Below are positions 57,220 through 64,000 of a stretch of DNA of 64,000 nucleotides, piece after piece; position 1 is the first letter of the stretch; each line of letters opens with the position of its first letter. A program made the position numbers and the translations under genes. The stretch covers positions 1 to 64,000 of the forward strand of contig CAXHJY010000601.1 in NCBI GenBank assembly GCA_964016885.1, given 5' to 3'. This DNA is from Eledone cirrhosa. Lineage: Eukaryota. Under the pieces are notes generated by a model. The model had not been told where the DNA came from and did not search any database. It worked only from the letters and a program-made list of their open reading frames with translations.

Positions 57220-57570
57220 TTTTTTTTTCGTCTAGATTTAAATGTCTTTATTTACAATAGTTTATAACTTTGCCTATTAAACCATATGGTGAGCAAATGG
57301 GGTCCTACGTGCTGGCCTCCCCACAGCCCCGGCGGACAGAATGGAGAAGGCGTTTCCCCGGAGGATGGTAAGGGAGATGCCTTGGAAGAGCCAATCTAAC
57401 TCGCGAGGCTCACACCTGCATCTAGCCAGCTCAGCGCCTATGGAGGTGAATAAGGAGGTAGCCCTAGGGCCAAGGACACCAGAAGTCTCCACTGCCAAGG
57501 GCACGACCGCGAACCTGTCGGAGAGCGACCGGTACTTGGAGAGTTTGGCCTCCTCAGCCCGACGTGCAGC
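57220..57570 (-). mobile_element. CRE-like RLE non-LTR retrotransposon, 5'-truncated 3' end
   Basis: Open frame RAEEAKLSKYRSL...VVPLAVETSGVLGP...LFQGISLTILRGNA; stop, AATAAA (57247-57252) and poly(A) (57220-57228) on the minus strand. Confidence 0.8.
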
Positions 57571-57880
57571 GACGAATTGGCAGTGTCGCTAGAACGTCGG
57601 ACAGGATGCTTTGCAATATTTGCTTTGGCTCTCTTCTCTTTGAGATCAAATCCCGCTGAGGCCAACTTTGTCTTTCATCCATTCAAGATCGATGAAAAAA
57701 GTACCAGTTTCGTACTAGGATCGACTTTTCCTCTATATCCCTGTCTCACTCTCTATCCTTCTCTGGAAGAAATCTGCTATATTCAGACCTGCGAAGAGAT
57801 GGGCTCCGCCAGATTTTTAAAGTGCCTGAGAAACACCGTATGCAACACGGCGCCCAATGACTCCCTCAGAAGTCACGGGA
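57568..57880 (+). mobile_element. SINE variant with long alternative tail
   Basis: GCGACGAATTGGCAG head, GAGATCAAATCC B box; homologous to 55130-55455. Confidence 0.78.
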
Positions 57881-58533
57881 TCAAAATCAAAACAAAGGAA
57901 TTCTTACATAACAACCTCAGTTGAGAAGCAGTAGCTATGAGCAAGGATTGCGTGGAGTCGGAGGAGGGCCCATGAATATTTCACACACTGCTTAATAAAA
58001 CCCATTTGATTTTGAAATGAACTCGCATCCCACATTATGTTATAATGCTGTGGCTACATAAAGCACCAAGATGTATCTTAAATCTGAAAACTATTCATTC
58101 CACTGACGTCACTCCCAACTATAATTTAACACACTATATATTTTTCCACTCTTTGTATTACAATAATCTACACTCTAGTTCCATCAAAACGAACAGACAT
58201 TCACACATGTACATGTGTGTGTGCGTGTGTGTAAATATTTGGTTTCTACATTGCGTGTGTACATATATATAAACGGAAAAAATGAAACGAAATTTCATTT
58301 CCCACTCTTAGTACGGCTGTTACATAAATATAAGTATGTATACGTACATACATATATGTATACAGCGTACAGTAGTATGTATATATATATACATACATGC
58401 ACACATATATATATGTACGTATGGATTCACCGAACATTTATTATAATGCTCGGTGTGTTTGTAAACAAACATCCCGTATTAAGCCATAGTGTCTAGCAAC
58501 CATCGTTGCTCGTTTGTTCAACACTGACAAAGG

Positions 58534-58578
58534 AACGCTGTACTAGTTTCAAGCTTATTAGCTATTGTCAGCAACGTT
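58534..58578 (-). ncRNA. hammerhead ribozyme (left-arm copy, core CTGACAA)
   Basis: Mirror of 58812-58856 with a G8-to-A change. Confidence 0.65.
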
Positions 58579-58811
58579 TACCTTCCTGCCGGATGATTGA
58601 ACGTCTGAAAGTATATACTTTCCTTATGGATATTAACGGCTGAGTAGCCCAATTTGCATATCGAGTGGATTAATCAGCCGCGTGCACCGAAAACGATAAA
58701 CGGTGCACCCCGCCGATTAACCCACTCGATATGCAAATTGGGCTACTCAGCCGTTAATATCCACAAGGAAAGTATATACTTTCAGACGTTCAATCATCCG
58801 GCAGGAAGGTA

Positions 58812-58856
58812 AACGTTGCTGACGATAGCTAATAAGCTTGAAACTAGTACAGCGTT
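58812..58856 (+). ncRNA. minimal type I hammerhead ribozyme
   Basis: AACGTTG-CTGACGA-T AGCT AATA AGCT T-GAAA-CTAG-TA-CAGCGTT: 7-bp stem I, palindromic ACTAGT stem III, GUA site. Confidence 0.82.
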
Positions 58857-59088
58857 CCTTTGTCAGTGTTGAACAAATGAGCAACGATGCTTGCTAGACA
58901 CTACGGCTTAATACGGGATGTTTGTTTACAAATACACAGAGCATTATAATAAATGTTCGGTGAATCCATACGTACATTTATATATGTGTGCATGTATGTA
59001 TATATATATACATACTACTGTACGTCTGTATACATATATGTATGTACGTATACATACTTGTATATATATATATATACAATATATTAAT

Positions 59089-59269
59089 TGTCTCTACTTT
59101 AGGCACAAGGCCAGCAGTTAACCAGTGCATTACTGGTACTTTATTTTATCGACCCCGTAAGGATGAAAGGCAAAGTCAACCTCGGCGGGATTTGAACTCA
59201 GATCGTAAAGGGACGTAATTATGCTGGAAAGCATGGCGTCCGACCCTCTACTGATACTGCCAATCCACC
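59089..59269 (-). mobile_element. SINE, full length with 8-bp TSD
   Basis: ATATTAAT at 59081-59088 and 59270-59277; intact A and B boxes. Confidence 0.93.
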
Positions 59270-59329
59270 ATATTAATAAATGGAAACTATATTTATAAAA
59301 CCATAATTATTTTATTATATATATTTCAA

Positions 59330-59513
59330 GGCGGTGAATTGGCAGTATCGGTAGAGGGCTGGACGCCATGCTTTCTAGCACAGTTTCGTCCCTTTACGGT
59401 CTGAGTTCAAATCCCGCCGAGGTTAACTTTGCCTTTCATCCTTACGGGGTCGATAAAATAAAGTACCAGTAATGCACTGGGTAATTGCTGGCCTTGTGCC
59501 AAAAGGAGAAACA
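59330..59513 (+). mobile_element. SINE, full length with about 17-bp TSD
   Basis: ATTATATATATTTCAAG(G) at 59314 and 59514; intact A and B boxes. Confidence 0.95.
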
Positions 59514-59608
59514 ATTATATATATTTCAAGGGCAACCAAGGTAAATTATGGTGCGCTTTCATCAGATAAAATAAATATGTTGAAACCCAACAAATTAAAT
59601 ATAACCTC

Positions 59609-59647
<39 letters not shown>

Positions 59648-59794
59648 GAGTATATGTTGGTTATTTACCGACACCTCAGTATGGAGATTGGAGCACTCGA
59701 CGAAGTGCGCAGGTTGGTTTGGTTACTCCGGATTAATGTAAAATAAAATAGATAAGTCAAATATTTAAAATTTGGCTTCGTTTATTAAAGGTGT

Positions 59795-59849
59795 ACTGCT
59801 ATATATATTTTGGTTACAGCCATCCTTGGCTGTGACCTCTTCAGGCAGT
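59795..59849 (-). ncRNA. hammerhead ribozyme (left-arm copy, GAAA changed to AAAA)
   Basis: Minus strand ACTGC-CTGAAGA-GGTCACAGCCA AGGA TGGCTGTAACC-AAAA-TATATA-TA-GCAGT. Confidence 0.65.
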
Positions 59850-60065
59850 CCGAATTGGTGTGGTAGAGACAGGTACGCATGTTGTTGAGGTGTTTAACTC
59901 CGCCAATCCTCCGATATGCCCACTTCCTGGTCGGTTGTTATTTCTCTGAGGAACAGGAATCATATCAGAGAAATAACAACCCGACCAGGAAGTGGGCATA
60001 TCGGAGTCTTGACGGAGTTAAACACCTCAACAACATGCGTACCTGTCTCTACCACACCAATTCGG

Positions 60066-60120
60066 ACTGCCTGAAGAAGTCACAGCCAAAGATGGCTGTC
60101 ACCGAAATATATATAGCAGT
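60066..60120 (+). ncRNA. type I hammerhead ribozyme
   Basis: ACTGC-CTGAAGA-AGTCACAGCCA AAGA TGGCTGTCACC-GAAA-TATATA-TA-GCAGT: 5-bp stem I, long stem II, AUA site, AATAAA just downstream. Confidence 0.82.
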
Positions 60121-60169
60121 ACACCTTTAATAAACGAAGCCACATTTTAAATATTTGAGTTATCTATTT

Positions 60170-60237
<68 letters not shown>

Positions 60238-60241
<4 letters not shown>

Positions 60242-60395
60242 ATAATAATAAATTTGAAGACTAAAATCCAAAGAGGGCTCGATAAGGATAAATATATATC
60301 AAATATATAAGAACCGTAGAGCAAATATTTATTAAGAAGATCCCGTTAAGGATGAAAGCAGCGATTCTTTGCTTAAACTTTAATCTGTTATTTTA

Positions 60396-60400
<5 letters not shown>
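60238..60400. mobile_element. family C (TA)n-targeted non-coding element
   Basis: Homologous to 42781-42890, 45790-45935 (reverse) and 40905-41008 (reverse); always abuts (TA)n. Confidence 0.75.
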
Positions 60401-60434
<34 letters not shown>

Positions 60435-60460
60435 AAGAAACCTTATATATATATATATAT

Positions 60461-60978
60461 ATAAGGTTTCTTGGTGAGGAGGGTGACTTTGGACATCCTG
60501 CAGGACTAAAAACAAAACCTGTCAAAGGGCAAAGGAGCTCTTAAGAGTCAATGGCCATCCAAAATCACTGGGAGAGATGACCCCTTAGCCTTTGTCAAGG
60601 CAGAATTCTAGGAGAAGGAAAACTCTGATATAACACCTGCAACCCTGATGGTATCCAATGATGTTGACTTGTTCTTCTTTTTGGTAAATATCATCTTGGT
60701 TAAGAGAGTGGGACTGGCTTTGTGCAGTGCCTTTGCTCACTATAAAAGCTTCACAGCACAGGCATTGCTTTATATCTGGAGATCTCTCTGCACTTGCCGT
60801 CACATGGTACCATGGGCCCAGCACTATGTGTCAATAATTGTCACAAGTGTAGTGTTTGTACCAGAGTTTTCAAGTCGCTGGCTGGACTAAAAAGTCACAC
60901 TCGTTCAGCGCATCGGTAGGGGTTCTCCTACATGGATATAAAGTAGTGGCCGTACTCGAAAACGAGTTGGCAGCCACC
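60461..60978 (+). mobile_element. short internally deleted RTE-like element
   Basis: GGAGAAGGAAAACTCTGA motif (also near 44835) plus terminal C2H2 finger HKCSVCTRVFKSLAGLKSHTRSAHR-stop at 60842-60919, short 3' UTR and (TA)n. Confidence 0.55.
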
Positions 60979-61484
60979 ATATATATATATATATATGTTC
61001 ACACACAATGTAGAAACTAAATATTTACACAGTAAATATTACCAGTTTCGTACTAGGATCGATTCTTCCTCTATATCCCTTTCTCACTCTCTATCCTTCT
61101 CTCGAAGAAATCTGCTATATTCAGACCTGCGAGGAGATGGGCTCCGCCAGATGTTTAAGGTGCCTGAGAAACGTCGTATGCAACATGACTCCCTCAGAAG
61201 TCACGTGATATATATACATATATACATAAATACATGCATGCATGCATACATGCATACATACATACATACATACATACATACATACATACATACATACATA
61301 CATACATACATACATACATACATACATACATACATACATAGATTGATACACACAGAAATACATACACACAGAAATACATACATACGTAGAGATATATAAA
61401 TATATAATTTGTATATACACACACAAACACATTCTCTCTCTCTCGCACATACACACACACACTCTCTCTCTCTCTCTCACACAG

Positions 61485-61527
<43 letters not shown>

Positions 61528-61829
61528 AAAGCTAGGCAACAACGACACTCCGTACCATACGTTAAAAGAAATTAATACTGCGAAAACTGTGAAGAATACA
61601 GAAGGAAAAGATTGAAAAGAGAGAGAGAAGGATCTAATATGGCAGCTGGTTCTTCTTCCACCACAGCAACTTTATATTTCTTCTCAAGGAAGCAAATAAA
61701 GAATAATATAATACCTGAAATGATCTAACCATGGATGCACTCCTATCTTTACATGTCTGCAATCAATACGGAAATTTCTAAATAGTTGCTTCCTCTCTTT
61801 GATAGTTTATACACAAATAAACACACACA

Positions 61830-61900
61830 CATATATATATACATATATACATGTATATATACATATATATATACATATATATATACTGTATATATATATA

Positions 61901-61938
<38 letters not shown>

Positions 61939-61959
61939 TAACATATATATATATATATG

Positions 61960-61990
<31 letters not shown>

Positions 61991-62197
61991 ATATGTATAT
62001 ACATACATACATATGTGTATATATATATATTTATATATATATATTTATATATATAAAACATACATATATATATTTATATATATATACACGCATATATATA
62101 TATATATGCATGTGTATATATATATATGTATATATAAATATGTATACATATATATGTATGTTTTTTATATATATATATATATACATATATATGTATA

Positions 62198-62273
<76 letters not shown>

Positions 62274-62466
62274 TAGATATGCATGTGTATATATATATAT
62301 ATATATACATATATATATACATATATATATATACATACATATATATACATATATATATATATATATACATACATATATATACACATATATATATACATAC
62401 ATATATATACACATATATACATACATATATATATATATACATACACACACATATATATATATACAT

Positions 62467-62520
<54 letters not shown>
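61830..62520. repeat. very long (TA)n-based compound microsatellite
   Basis: About 690 bp; directly abuts the Penelope-like element. Confidence 0.97.
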
Positions 62521-62521
62521 C

Positions 62522-64000
62522 ATATAACTGTACATCAAACCTGTACACTATGGATTGTACTACATACAACAACTTCATTCGGAAAGAATTACATAAAAAA
62601 TATAGAAAAACGAGTGAAGTAACCCTTAAGCACATCAATGATGAGGCATGCGAAATAGTGAAAAATCTCGGAATCGAAGATAGGACAGGACCACTCTTAC
62701 CGGCGGTACCCACCTTCAATCTTAAGGACCACAAGGTAAACTTTGATAATGACCCTAAAATTAGATTAATCTGCCCCTCTAAATCAGATATAGGTAAAAA
62801 TAAGCAAATATATCTTAGATAGAATCATCCCCCAAATTAAGGCTAAGGTTAACATTAAACTCTGGGGGAAGACCCAAGAAGCAATAAGATGGTTTAATAG
62901 CATTAGCAATAAGAATAAATCTAAGTTTATCCAGTTTGATATCGATGAATATTACTCATCGATACCACCTGAAACTTTGAATAGAGCCATTAAGTTTGCT
63001 AAGGATAACTCTGACCTTACAAACGATGAAATTAAGATTATATTAGAAGCTAGGAAAACTATAGTCAAATTTGAGAACAGTTATTGGGTACATAAAGATA
63101 GACCCTCTAACTTTGACATAACAATGGGCTCTAACGATTCGGCGGAAATAACTGATATTGTGGGGTTATTTATCGCCTTTAGACTCCAGGAAAAATTCAG
63201 CAATCTCCACGGCGGAATATACCGCGACGATGTTCTCCTCCTAGCTAAAAACCTTAATAACCAAAAACTAGAAAAACTACGCAAAGATATAAGAAAACTA
63301 CTACTCGAAATAGGACTAACTATAACATATGAATACAACCTTAAAGTAGTTAACTTCCTGGATGTCACACTCAATTTAAACTCTGGTTTGATTAAACCGT
63401 TTCATAAATTGAATGAAAATCTCAAATACGTAAATGTTGGGTCTAACCACCCCATCTCTATAATTAAATCTATCCCTAAAAATATTTCCCTTAGAATCTC
63501 GGGTCTATCTTCTAACATACAAGTATTTAAGGAACACGCCGAGTACTACGATAACGCCCTTAGTAAAGCAGGCTACCTCAACAAAATAGAGTACATAGAT
63601 GGGAACAATCAAAACACCCAAAATAAATCCCACATAGGTAGATATAATAACACAACACCAAACCACACTTACTACCATAGTATGCACACCAGTAAACCAA
63701 CAAACAAAACTAATAGAAAGCGATGCAAAGAGTACTTATGGTATAACCCCGAATACAATAAAACACCAGAGCCAAAGAAATGTAACAACTTTAGCAGAAA
63801 AAGCTTGGACGCTCAGGGATAGCGATCAAAAGTTTACCCTAAAATGGGAGAAATTAGCTAAAACCCAAAGCTTTTCCAGGAGCCAAAATCTCTGCAAATT
63901 GTGTAATCTTGAGATTTATTACATAATCACACACAAGAAGAAACTGCTGAATAACAGAATTGAACGAACATTATTCTGCCGTCACAGAACTAAAACCCTT
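62522..64000 (+). mobile_element. Penelope-like retroelement, Naiad-type, 5'-truncated, runs off the window
   Basis: Motifs LKDHKx[39 protein letters not shown] (63220-63231), FLDVTLNL, SNHP, LWYNP, CKLC...LLN...CRH; inserted at (TA)n. Confidence 0.9.
62532..64000 (+). pseudogene. PLE RT plus partial GIY-YIG endonuclease ORF, disrupted
   Basis: Frame 3 at 62532-62798; +1 slip in the A5 run 62796-62800; frame 1 open 62800-63762; jump to frame 2 at about 63761 (KHQSQRNVTTLAEKAW...CRH) with the N-terminal GIY-YIG half missing. Confidence 0.85.

Larger units (their letters stand above)
58271..59063. mobile_element. fold-back element: 736-bp palindrome with an HHR on each arm
   Basis: Arms 58328-58689 and 58701-59063, 11-nt loop; possible unique extension 58271-58327. 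Confidence 0.92.
59644..60176. mobile_element. fold-back element: 438-bp palindrome with an HHR on each arm plus 95-bp tail
   Basis: Arms 59739-59949 and 59965-60176; tail 59644-59738; (TA)n on both sides. Confidence 0.92.

Noticed and set aside
60238-60400. Hammerhead in family C (CYRAAGA ... GAAAGCAGC)
   Set aside because: The first box varies among copies and no NUH site or stem I can be built.

Overview
This is AT-rich, microsatellite-saturated eukaryotic non-coding DNA, most likely from an octopus (inferred from the abundant tRNA-derived SINE with core TCTGAGTTCAAATCCCGCCGAGGTYAACTTTGCCTTTCATCC). No host protein-coding gene can be supported, and nearly all listed ORFs are translations of (TA)n, (CA)n or trinucleotide tracts. 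The window holds >25 SINE copies, TTAA-flanked piggyBac-like MITEs, and decayed RTE, CR1, R4/Dong-like and CRE-like LINE fragments. A 5'-truncated, internally deleted Naiad-type Penelope-like element (RT plus a partial GIY-YIG region) runs off the right edge. The main signal is a set of short non-coding inserts in (TA)n tracts that carry minimal type I hammerhead ribozyme (HHR) cores, about a dozen in all. Several are fold-back palindromes of about 100-740 bp with one arm extended by a tail, and in four of them the axis lies in the hairpin just 5' of the HHR GAAA box (stem II position). Together they suggest a system of non-autonomous, ribozyme-bearing, fold-back Penelope-like derivatives; the mechanism and the link to the Naiad RT are inference.
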